In this document: piece after piece, positions 1-10,063 of the stretch
Position numbering within the stretch: position 1 is the first letter of the stretch
Layout of the letters: each line of letters opens with the position of its first letter
From: Nemertoderma westbladi
Taxonomy: Eukaryota; Animalia; Xenacoelomorpha
Direction of reading: 5' to 3'
DNA length: 42,257 nucleotides
Assembly (NCBI GenBank): GCA_032718475.1
Contig: JAUCBJ010005529.1
Span: forward strand, 1 to 42,257
Position numbers and translations under genes: made by a program
Notes under the pieces: model-generated
Told to the model about the DNA's origin: nothing
The model's database searches: none
What the model saw: the letters and a program-made list of their open reading frames with translations, nothing else

Positions 1-2
1 AT

Positions 3-737
3 TGCCCTTTTAATCACGATTTGGAAAGCGTAGATGAAATGATCACACTACGTTACATCAGAGCTTGGGAAGTGAACGCTGATTTACATTGTGATTCGCG
101 CCATCGCTATTATCCCGGACGCGCTTACGAAGGAGTTTATGCGTTCCATCCTTATCTATTCGCTTCGGTTGAACAGAAATCACGCATATCAAGTTACGAG
201 CTACTGAAGCGCGTCGGAGAATGTATTTCAACCAAATTCGTACGCAAATTTCTCAGGAGTGTTAATCCTAGCGACCTTCATTCCTATAACTTAATCAATT
301 ATATCCGTCAGGATCCGGACTATGGAGACTTGTTTGTTAACTCACACCCTGAGTTACAGGAAGTATATCGACGGCCTTACGAATACCGAGCCCGCGAACG
401 CGAGTTGGAAAGGACCATTAAACCCCGGAGGTTTCTAACTGCCTATGGTCCACCCACGGCCCTCGTTCAGACCACTCGTAAAGGACCCGTAAGAGCGGCT
501 GTCTTGAAACGAGCCCTCAAAGCCGTTAGACCCCTCTCCCCTGACGTTGATGTCAATCAACCCGGTACTTCGACTGGCGGATACACCGACCATAATCCTA
601 CACCCTCTGATGCAATCATATTGCACCCTTCACCCAGGAGTTATAGCCCTCCTTGTAAAGTGGCTCGCCCCAAAGAGAAAAGGACTCTGGCTAGCTTTAA
701 AAAACTGCATAAACGCCGTCCACGCAAGAAAGACTAA
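3..737 (+). CDS. 5'-incomplete ORF of unknown function with a basic C-terminus; possibly the 3' ORF of an LTR retroelement
   Basis: The frame is open from the window edge (codons 3-20 have no stop; the track start at 21 is TTG) to TAA at 735-737. It ends in KKLHKRRPRKKD (NLS-like). No recognisable domain. Lies ~70 bp upstream of a putative PPT/LTR. Confidence 0.35.
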   Translation, partial: CPFNHDLESVDEMITLRYIRAWEVNADLHCDSRHRYYPGRAYEGVYAFHPYLFASVEQKSRISSYELLKRVGECISTKFVRKFLRSVNPSDLHSYNLINYIRQDPDYGDLFVNSHPELQEVYRRPYEYRARERELERTIKPRRFLTAYGPPTALVQTTRKGPVRAAVLKRALKAVRPLSPDVDVNQPGTSTGGYTDHNPTPSDAIILHPSPRSYSPPCKVARPKEKRTLASFKKLHKRRPRKKD

Positions 738-815
738 CTGTTTAGAGTATTTACGTATATTAGAAACTGTGATTTTGTATATTTTATAGACTCAAATCCC
801 ATTTTCTGGGAGCGG

Positions 816-1371
816 TGTAAAAGCTTCTGTGGGATATAACTGGCCCTTTTGCTTCGCAATCCAGTTTCCCCCCTAGGCGCTGGAATACTCTAAAAGGCTC
901 TCTAACTATATATAATTTCCCCTCGCCTGCAAGGTACCGTTATAAGTGTTTTAACGGACATAAAAGTCATTATTCTATATACGTGTTTTGGCGGACATGG
1001 TAAGGCAAAAAACCTGCAATGCACCAAATACCTTTCACAGCTTAACCGTGATGATTCATATTACGACATCTAACAGCTGGTTGCTGACATGGAAACAGCC
1101 ATTGGCCACATGGTTCTTTGTTTAGCTTAAGCCAATCAGAGCGATTTTTTCTGTCGATGTGGAGCTTTTCGGCCGATCATACTAGGAGTGTTCAGTCTTA
1201 CTGTTTTTTTGGGATACTGTTGTGTTGTTGGTATCTAGGCCAGGAACACCGGCTCTAGAGTCAATTCGTTTTCATACTTTAGAAGAAACATTAGTAGGCT
1301 TAAATTATAGAGCGTATAACTGTTATCATATCTTATCTAATCATATCAACTGATCGCAATTCAGTCTTACA
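816..1371 (+). mobile_element. Putative 3' LTR of an LTR retrotransposon
   Basis: Purine-rich GGGAGCGG (808-815) is immediately followed by TGTAA (816-820); the matching inverted end TTACA is at 1367-1371. TATATA near 907 and CCAAT near 1132 lie inside. No partner LTR is in the window. Confidence 0.35.
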
Positions 1372-2198
1372 TTATCGGTTCAATATACATTATTATACTG
1401 CTATTTACTATTGTTTGGTTGAATATTATTTGGAGAATATTTATAAAGAACCCAAATTTCCCAATTTTCTTGATACACTACAGGTTAGAGAGACGGGTTA
1501 TATATAGCGATTGCGACTTATATTATTGTGTATGTAGTGAATTTAATGCTATTTGATAAGCACTACATTGGTCCGTTGCTGTTCTCTTTATATATGATAA
1601 AAATCATTGACGGTCGGCAAATTAGTGGGCAGTATTGTGTGTTACCGGTAGTGTGCATGATTATGACTGATAACTAAGCATTTCCTAAAGAATGCGCCTC
1701 ATACGTGAATCATAAGCCTTACCAACTTACCGTTGTGATTAGTATAAGTCATATCTCTGTTTACCTAGATAGAGCGCCACGTCCTAAAGGAACTGTTAAT
1801 ATTTCCCGAAAGTGAATAATATTAGTCAGAAATTATTTATTAACGATCAATCGAATAATACAATACAGTAAGCTTACACTGCAATAATAATCTAAGCCCT
1901 CAGAATCCAGTCTCCCGGGTATATCCAGCGGGTGAATGGACGCGCACTAGGCTGGCTTCTGCTAATGTTGTGTTTATTGGTATTAAATATTTGTCATCTT
2001 CTAAAGTCTATTTATAAACCAAAAGACATATAAATTTTGGCAGGTTAAACTGCTAAAGGTCTTCAAAAGCGCGTACAGCGTGTGTTGGCGAATCCGGGGG
2101 GGGGGGGGGGGGTTCGGGCACTCGACAATTTCAAAGTGAATTTCAAATACAAACGTCACAACACAACGTCACAGTTCTTATTACTGTAGTATAGAATT

Positions 2199-3050
2199 TC
2201 TCATAAAGTACCGTATGTTACGCACTGGGGACAGGCAGAGATGGCACAGGCCGGCTTTTTCACGGCCCGGCCCGACCCCACTAGTTTTAATTTTTCTAAA
2301 CATTACAGCATAAAATAAAATTTTAACTTTTCTGATAAATCTACATACACTGATTCCAAATACTATATCGGTTTGTCATCGTGGGTCAATGTTGTGGGCG
2401 TTTGTGCGCATTAGACTGTTAGAAAACTCGAAATATACTGTAGACTAGAGTATGTACGTCTACCATGTTAATACATTAATGCTTGTTGTTTAAAATGAAT
2501 GATGTACTTGCCTCATCGTTTTTGTGTCAATTTATTTGTTTGTCGATGATATTACTAAAATTATTTAATAAAAGGGGTTAACTGGCCTGTAAGATGGTAA
2601 GCCTACGTATGAGTCTGTATCCCTATACAGAACATGTAGGCTCTACCGGTACTTTAGTAATATCAGAATGTATGTGAGTAAAAAAAAGGTACATTACAAA
2701 GTTAAACAAAGACACAAAAATAAATCATGAAACAACCCTAATTACAGGAAAATAAATATATATATTTAATTTTTGATTTATAAATGATTTCGATTTTTTA
2801 TATTTATATAATTTAATTATGTGAAAAAAAAGATGTTTAACATTAATTTTCATGTCATTGAGTTTTGTTAACTGGATAATATAATTATTCAACAATCGCG
2901 GGCTTTCCAATATTTAGAATGCGGCCCGAGCCCGGCCGTGTCCAACTCTGGGGGGAGGGGGTTCGAGCTTGCGTGACATTTTGTGACAGAGAGAGGGGAG
3001 GGGGGTCAAAAATCGAAAAAATTTTCGTGACATACTTTATACACGCCCCC
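2199..3050. mobile_element. Degenerate small MITE (host of the nested element at 2236-2950)
   Basis: Left arm cataaagta...gttacg (~2202-2222) is roughly the inverse of right arm cgtgacatactttata...cgcccc (~3026-3049). The G-rich core is split by the inner insertion. Confidence 0.4.
2236..2950. mobile_element. Non-autonomous hAT-like MITE nested in another MITE
   Basis: Left end CAGAGATGGCACAGGCCGGC; right end reads CAGAGTTGGACACGGCCGGGC on the minus strand. Subterminal GGCCCG motifs occur at both ends around an AT-rich centre. Flanking 8-mers GGGACAGG (2228-2235) and GGGGGAGG (2951-2958) match at 6/8, consistent with an aged 8-bp TSD. Confidence 0.5.
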
Positions 3051-3146
3051 TTTACCAATCAGCGGTTGCCCCTGGTATTGTTGCCCTGCTACCTATGGGA
3101 TACATTACATGCGCGTTACATGCATAGGCCTACCCATACATACATT

Positions 3147-3273
3147 ATATGCGTTTGACGTGAATTAATATGCGCTTGATGTGAATTAATATGCGTTTGA
3201 TGTGAATTAATATGCGTTTGATGTGAATTAATAAGCGTTTGATGTGAATTATATATGCGTTGAATGTGAATTA
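3147..3273. repeat. 21-bp minisatellite, ~6 copies
   Basis: Consensus ATATGCGTTTGATGTGAATTA repeated head to tail. Confidence 0.9.
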
Positions 3274-3908
3274 TATGTATATATTTGATATGTGTATTTA
3301 TTTAAATTCTTAATTAATAAACCAGTATATAGTTAATCAAACTTAAAATTACACTGGAAAACATTACAAATTGTTTCTAAATTAATTAATACAATAGGGA
3401 TGATATTTTATGATACATTACTCTGCCTTTGGAACAAATCAAACTCTATACATGTCTGAAACTGTTTCTATTACTAATTAACCAAAAAGGGTGCTACTGT
3501 ACGCAGTCTTAATGAATGACTTCAGTATTGAGTTAGTCAAATCAATAGTCAAAGTTGGTTTGTCAGAGTTTGGTATACAGTACAATAAATGGGGGTAGAT
3601 TTATAGTAGCATGTATTATTTAAATAAATAGGAAAATTAGCCGTCTTTATTTCGGCACCTAGGAGCAGAACCGAGTCTCCAGTTAATTCGAGAACTCAGT
3701 TACACATATGAGTGTCAGTTAACTTTTTAACAGCAGCACTACTAATAGTAATACTGTACCTTGCACAAACAGACAGCATTATTATCTATACCTATAAAAA
3801 TCAAATTCTGTCTTAAACATTAAGCAGCGGTCGTTATAGGCCACTTTTCGAAAAGTTTAATTCACGTTCGGTACCAGTACTGGGTACCGGTACGTCAGTA
3901 GGCATATA

Positions 3909-4839
3909 CCGGTGTCACAAGGAAATCAGCCCCTGGCCCCCCCTAGAATATGCCCCCCGGGGCATTATTTCCTAGGATATTATGTCCCCCCGGGCAATTT
4001 TTCCTAGGAAATTTAGCCCGGGGGGACATTTTCTCCTTAGGAAATAATGCCTCCCCTCAGGAAAATTAGCCCCCCTCAAAAGTCTGAAAACTGGTACGAT
4101 ACCGGTCTGCTGGTAGCCACTTTTAATCTACCAACTGCAGAAGTTGTAATAGTTGGAAGAATAGTACGGTACCGGTCTGCCGGTAGGTAAGCAGGTAAGG
4201 CAGTAAGGGATGTAGAACAGCATACTGAAGTATCAAAGTCAGTAGGCTACTGTAGTAAGTACTGGTATAACAGCAGTGCGAGTGTGTGGTGTCAGGGTGT
4301 TGTGTGGGCGCCGAGCAGCTCCAAGCTTTTTTAAGTCTGTAACCTGCTCCTTTCCCTGATTTGGTAAAGTGATTGTTTATTGTTTTGGTTAGAAAATCCC
4401 GCCTCTGTAACCTGCTCCTTTCTCTCAAATGTTATCGTTTATTGTTTTGGTTAGAAAATCCCGTCTCTGTAACCTGCTCCTTTCCCTGATTTTCTAAAGT
4501 GACTGTTTATTGTTTTGGTTAGAAAATCCCGCCTCTGTAACCTGCTCCTTTCCCTCAATTAGTTAAATGATCGTTTATTGTTTTGGTTAGAAAGGCCTGC
4601 CTCTGTAACCTGCTCCTTTCCTTCATTTGGTAAAGTGACTGTTTATTGTTTTGTATAATTTTTGTAAGTTTTAGTAGTAATAAGTTTTGTTTATTGTATA
4701 ATTCAGGGGGGGGGGGCATAATTTCCTAAGGGGGGGCATTTTTTCCTAGGGAAATTTGCCCGGGGGGGCATTTTTTCCTAGGAAAATATGCCCCCCCGGG
4801 CACATTTCCCGGGGGGGGCATATTTTCCTGTTACACCGG
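3909..4839. mobile_element. Non-autonomous DNA transposon (MITE) with TA TSD
   Basis: TA|CCGGTGTCACAAGGAAAT at the left end and ATTTTCCTGTTACACCGG|TA at the right end. Several GGGGGCATTTTTTCCTAGGA subterminal motifs occur in both arms. Confidence 0.75.
4336..4652. repeat. Internal 62-69-bp tandem repeat (about 5 copies) of the MITE
   Basis: Unit TCTGTAACCTGCTCCTTTCCC...GTTTATTGTTTTGGTTAGAAAATCCCGCC, with two alternating subtypes. Confidence 0.85.
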
Positions 4840-5598
4840 TACCAGTACGCCAGTAGGCCTATGCCGGTAGCGGGAAATACATGTCTCGGGTATTGCCTGC
4901 TAGTATATTATAATAATAGACTACTAACATGGAGACTGGAATGTTGGCAGTATTAGTGTTGCTGTCAGCTATGCCCATATGTTATGGTTAGTTTTTTATT
5001 AAATTCACATTCACAGGGCACAGGTACAATACATACAGTACACTACTAAGATTTAACCTTATTGATGTGTATGTATCTTATTAATATAGTTTCAAACTAA
5101 ATTATGTTTTATGTTATCTGTTGGATAAATCTTTTTTAATCCTAGGCTATGCACTTGACAATTAAAGTTATCATTAAAAGACCATGAGCTTTCACTGTTT
5201 TATATTTAATACAGTATTTACCGAATTCCAGGGAATATCCTGATCTTGTGCATAATAAATCTGAAGTTGATTCAAAGTATTTTGTATGCGGGTCAGCGTG
5301 TGAGGGTCTACTCGAATCTGCGTTAGTTTGTTAGTTCTGTTGATTGAACAACTGAACTAATGTGAAGCACACACCTGGTAGTCCACCACACCAATTGTAT
5401 TGTACACGCATAGGTCATTGGCCCTATCACTGCACGTCATCGCAAGGCGATCATCAATCATTATTTTATTACTTATATAACTAATTACATATATTTGTAA
5501 TTTATTTTCATTATTATACCATCTATTAATCCCTTGCCTAGCGTCCAAATAAAATGTTGCTTTTTACTTCATAGGTTTTTACATTTATAGAAGGATGA

Positions 5599-5955
5599 AT
5601 AGCAACGGCTTTTAAATCCCAAACTCAACAGAGGTTTATATTTGCAGGGAAAGCTTTAGAAGATGGTCGAACTTTGTTGGATTTTAACATCGAGAAGAGG
5701 TCTACTCTGCAATTGCGCAGCTTGATGCAAATAAACGTCGAAACCTTGACAGGAACGATAATTAATCTTGATGTCGATTCTTCAGACAGCATCACGAATG
5801 TTAAGGCTAAGATTCAAGACAAAGAAGGAATACCACCAGAACAGCAGACGTTGATATTTGCAGAACAACAACTAGAAGATGGTCGCACCTTATCGCATTA
5901 TAGCATCGATAATGGGTCTACTGTTTACTTGGTCCTGAGATTACGAGGAGGTTAA
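5599..5955 (+). CDS. Divergent ubiquitin-like protein: full Ub domain 5725-5952 preceded in frame by the C-terminal half of another Ub repeat; 5' end unresolved, may be a pseudogene
   Basis: [10 protein letters not shown]...LVLRLRGG* is 55/76 identical to ubiquitin by manual alignment. The upstream in-frame [30 protein letters not shown] resembles Ub residues 40-69 but has no LRLRGG. In-frame TGA at 5596-5598. Confidence 0.7.
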   Translation: MATAFKSQTQQRFIFAGKALEDGRTLLDFNIEKRSTLQLRSLMQINVETLTGTIINLDVDSSDSITNVKAKIQDKEGIPPEQQTLIFAEQQLEDGRTLSHYSIDNGSTVYLVLRLRGG

Positions 5956-6264
5956 ATGTGACTGGATGTCTGGGCTCACCTCAATCTGTTGCACAAACTC
6001 TCATATTATTATTTCACCCAAAAGATTTATTTGATGTTTTTTTATATGATGTGGCAGAGAATTATACAAAATAATAGCATTACCGAATTTAAGTGGTTTT
6101 TTGGGTTTGTCTATGTTGGATTAAGGGGGGGGGTACACCCCCCTATGGACCTTTTTTGCAAATGGCTATAATTTCTGCTTGTGTGTAATTTTGTATATTT
6201 TATACCTTTCGGGGGATTAACATATGGCCAAAGATTGGGTTCAAAAAAAAATTTTCAAATTTGC

Positions 6265-6282
6265 GTCGCCCTCTAGCGGCCA
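6265..6282 (-). promoter_or_regulatory. CTCF-like binding motif inside the Kolobok-like element
   Basis: The minus strand reads TGGCCGCTAGAGGGCGAC, close to the CTCF core CC(A/G)(C/G)(C/T)AG(A/G)(G/T)GGC(A/G). Confidence 0.5.
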
Positions 6283-6997
6283 CCAGCGAAATTGTTAATT
6301 TCACTAAAAACACTACTAGTCTCACAATTTTGGGCGAAAATGTTCGAAACTTGGTTTTTCTGAATCAGTATCCTCGGCTCCACAAAACTTATCGGTTACA
6401 TTTTTTATTTAGGTCTTAAGTATTTTTAAATATTATTAACTAATATTAATTATTACTTAATAGATATTAACTAATTTCAAGAAATTAATATGGCACAATT
6501 CAAAATTCTAACCGATAACTTTTGATCAAAACCCGAAAAGAAATCAAACAAAAAAATATTTCGAAAATTGGTTAAGAAATGGCTGAGTAGTAGTATTTTG
6601 AATGTGAAAAATACAATTCCGAGATACGCATTTAAAGTTTAAGAACAATATATTTCAAATGTTCCCGCTATTTTCAGTACTGGTATCTCCTTTTCTTTTT
6701 CCATTGGTTATCCCCTATCCATATTTTGTGATTTCTCAATGGATTTCATGAAATTTGGTTAAAAAAAAAACCCTACCCACTTTTAACAACCTGTTAAAAT
6801 AATTTTAGAGTGCTTGCCAAAAAACACTTCGCGCAGCACGTGAACAAATTTCATTTTGGCGAATTGATTTGATCGCATACTATTTCGTCATTTAGTAATA
6901 AATAGTCATGGAATAATGAGACAACCTTAAGAAACATTCAAAATTATATAAAAATTTACACATAATTTTATAATAAGCCTTTACACAGAACATTAAG

Positions 6998-7197
6998 CTT
7001 TGCGCAGCACGTGAAACCTTCGCGCAGCACGTGAGACATTTGCGCAGCAGGTGAAGGTTTCACGTAGCACTTAAATTCTTCATAAAGCACGTTAATTAAT
7101 CGAGCACCTCGGAAAGCTTTTTGATCAGAATGAGAAGCCTTCACGCGGCACATGAAAAGTTCATGCTGCACATGAAGACTTCGCGCAGCACGTGAAT
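6998..7197. repeat. Degenerate ~20-bp tandem repeat containing CACGTG
   Basis: Unit like CTTCGCGCAGCACGTGAAAC; an isolated copy is also at ~6827-6844. Confidence 0.75.
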
Positions 7198-7396
7198 TAT
7201 TCTCAGAGCCTGCGGAATTTAAAAAAAATAAGTTTATGGTTGTTTCCCAGAATAATTATTATTAGCTATTGTTATATGATTGTTCACATTTGTTATTACT
7301 AGTAGACAACTAGTCCATTGGACAACTGTTCAATATGTAATACAAAACTCACAAATATATATTAAATATATATTAATTAAAATTTGACGGACATGT

Positions 7397-7463
7397 TGAC
7401 AGACAGACAGACATACAAACAGACAGACAGACAGACAAACTGAGAGACAGACTGAGATACAGA
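7397..7463. repeat. (GACA)n microsatellite
   Basis: Imperfect gacagacagac array; a shorter copy is at ~7573-7596. Confidence 0.8.
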
Positions 7464-8450
7464 CATAGTGATTAGATAATTCCAAATATTAAAACAGACA
7501 TCGACATTAAGAAAAATATTAACAGTAAACATTTCAGATTGCTTATTTTATGCCCTTTTTAATATTTCGATGGACAGACAGACAGACATACAGACGGAAA
7601 ACCAGCCATTACTCGAGAAGTAAAAGAGATCTCGCTAAGCCGTTTCCAGATTTGAAATCCGCATTAAATTCTACTCTAGATGAAATAAAAAAACAAAAAA
7701 TGAAAATTTTGACCTGAGGGGGGGTGTACCCCCCCCCCCCCCCCCCTTAAATGTCACTTCATTCATTCATGTGTGATAAATAAACACTTTCTGTATAATT
7801 ATACAACTTAAGAGTAAATTTCCAATACAGCTGGGTGGAACACCCTCTATGTATATTGTATACTGTAGATATATGTATACTGTAGATATATATATATATA
7901 TACGTAGAGTCTGTTTTGTAATTATTTTGCCACTCTTGGATGAAGAAAAACACGTAATTTAAGAACGTCCACATCTCACCCTCTACTTAGGGAAATTGAG
8001 TGGTGAAATCGGTTGGTGATCAGGAGGCCGTGCATCATGGATGGGGGCCAAGCACTGCTGTTTCCTTTTGGAGTTTAGTTCTGGGGGCCGCACTGAAATA
8101 ATTCGTCAGAATTTGTGCGTAATCCCTGGTCTAACGGCGGAAAAAACGTTACTATTACTTTGTTTTATTTCACCTCTCCTGCAAACCGGTAAAATCGCGC
8201 TGCTCTTACATCTTACAACATCCTACTGGGTCCAGTATAATCCGATCATACTTACCACTAGCTCCAGTATGACACCAGTATTATTCACATCTTTCCAGTT
8301 TTCTTCTTTACTTCGGTCCCAGCAGGAAACAATTGATTTCTAGAGATGAAATCCTTAAGGTGGATTGAATTTCGTTCGAGACTATGGATGTAGACCCATG
8401 GAAATGTTGAGGATCGATACAGAGGTCACCCAGGAAAGTTAAAAATACAT

Positions 8451-8932
8451 GCTGATCCACTCAATTAGTATTAGTAGCTGGTCCACTGAATCAGTATTAG
8501 TATCGGATCCACTCAATCAGTATTAGTAGCTGATCCACTCAATCAGTATTAGTAGCTGATCCACTCAATCAGTATTAGTAGCTGATCCACTCCATCAGTA
8601 TTAGTAGCTATGGTCCACTCAATCAGTATTAGTAGCTGATCCACTCAATCAGTATTAGTAGCTGGTCCACTCAATCAGTATTAGTAGCTGGTCCACTCAA
8701 TCAGTATTAGTAGCTATGGTCCACTCAATCAGTATTAGTAGCTGATCCACTCAATCAGTATTAGTCAGTTAGTAGCTGATCCACTCAATCAGTATTAGTA
8801 GCTGATCCACTCAATCAGTATTAGTAGCTGGTCCACTCAATCAGTATTAGTAGCTGATCCACTCAATCAGTATTAGTAGCTGGTCCACTCAATCAGTATT
8901 AGTAGCTGATCCACTCAATCAGTATCAGTAGC
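8451..8932. repeat. 26-bp minisatellite, left part (~18 units)
   Basis: Unit GCTGATCCACTCAATCAGTATTAGTA with GAT/GGT variants; interrupted at 8933 by the LINE. Confidence 0.95.
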
Positions 8933-9103
8933 AATTATGTAATATATATGTCTTGCTATTGCTGTCTGGCTCAATATAACTGACATACTACTTACTGAAA
9001 TTTAATCTAACTTTATTTCAACCAATATACGACATATTTGCATCGATACTCAACCTGCTACCGAACCAACTCCGCAAGATTTACCACATAGACCATTTGA
9101 CCG

Positions 9104-10063
9104 ATGGCAACGTTTATTAATTCCGGTCCCACCCGGCCAAACACCAGAAATTCCATTGTCCACGCGACGGCGACACCGAACACGAACACCAGCAAACCCG
9201 CCTGCAAACGTAAATCGAACGGGACACCACCCACCACCACCACCGATGCGAAACTTAACAATCGCGACAAATGGAGAGCACTTTCAATTGAATGCTCCAG
9301 CTGCAATGTAGTATGGACCGACATTCAAATCCCCAGCAAACATTCCCACGAGTTCGAAACCAAAGCCTTCACCTGTGGCTTCTGCGCTTCATCCGCCAAA
9401 GATGAAATCAGAACCCTACAAGAAAAGTTAATGGAAGTTGAGTCCCGACCTAATGCCCCGACACGCCCGAGTTACTCCTCCATCGTGGCGCAGCCTAATT
9501 CAACCGAACCAACGCCAAACGTTGCTCTACTGTCTAAACAGGTTCGCAAAGAGGAAAAGGAACAGTCTCTCCGTGAGAACAACATACTTATTCGCGGAAC
9601 CTCTCCCAGACCCAGCAAACTCGAAGAACTCAAGCTTGTTGAAGAACTCGCAACCGAATTAGACATCGAAATCACGATAGACAATGTGCTTACCAAGCGC
9701 ATCGGGAAACAGCAACCAGACAAAAGCCAGAACCTCATCTTAACCCTTTCCCCCGAATCTCGATCCCAGCTGCTCCGTAAATCACGCACCCTACGATCCA
9801 GCCTAAGATTCAACCAGGTATATATTAGCCCGGACTACACAATCGCCGAACAGAAACTTTGGTATGACCTCAGACAAGAGAAACGTGCGGCACAAGCTGC
9901 CCAACCTGACAAGTTCTTTGTTATACGGGACGATTCAGTACGCCAACAGAACACCCCAAACCACTCGGCCACCATTACCAAACAACCCGTTTCACCCACA
10001 AACGCAACCGTACCACCCTGTAATCCGACCTCACCAAACTCCCCAGCCTCTCAAGTAGATTGA
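9104..10063 (+). CDS. LINE ORF1p (partial PHD-like Cys cluster, coiled coil, RRM/CTD)
   Basis: CSSC..W...FTCGFC, a coiled-coil-like DEIRTLQEKLMEVE, then NNILIRG, RIGK and VYISPDYT motifs typical of CR1/L2 ORF1. Confidence 0.8.
   Translation: MATFINSGPTRPNTRNSIVHATATPNTNTSKPACKRKSNGTPPTTTTDAKLNNRDKWRALSIECSSCNVVWTDIQIPSKHSHEFETKAFTCGFCASSAKDEIRTLQEKLMEVESRPNAPTRPSYSSIVAQPNSTEPTPNVALLSKQVRKEEKEQSLRENNILIRGTSPRPSKLEELKLVEELATELDIEITIDNVLTKRIGKQQPDKSQNLILTLSPESRSQLLRKSRTLRSSLRFNQVYISPDYTIAEQKLWYDLRQEKRAAQAAQPDKFFVIRDDSVRQQNTPNHSATITKQPVSPTNATVPPCNPTSPNSPASQVD

Larger units (their letters stand above)
6125..7746. mobile_element. Non-autonomous Kolobok-like DNA transposon
   Basis: TTAA on both sides (6121-6124, 7747-7750). 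TIRs G(n)TACACCCCCC start with GG, unlike piggyBac CCC; this fits the Kolobok RR...YY ends with TTAA TSD. No transposase ORF inside. Confidence 0.7.

Noticed and set aside
1895-1975. Possible HDV-like ribozyme near CTGCTAAT
   Set aside because: I could not find the P1/P2 pairings needed for the double pseudoknot.
2096-2112. Poly-G runs (also ~24643-24663) as functional G-quadruplexes
   Set aside because: Simple homopolymers of uncertain assembled length, with no supporting context.
6121-7750. piggyBac assignment from the TTAA flanks
   Set aside because: Termini begin with GG rather than CC(C/T), which fits Kolobok better.
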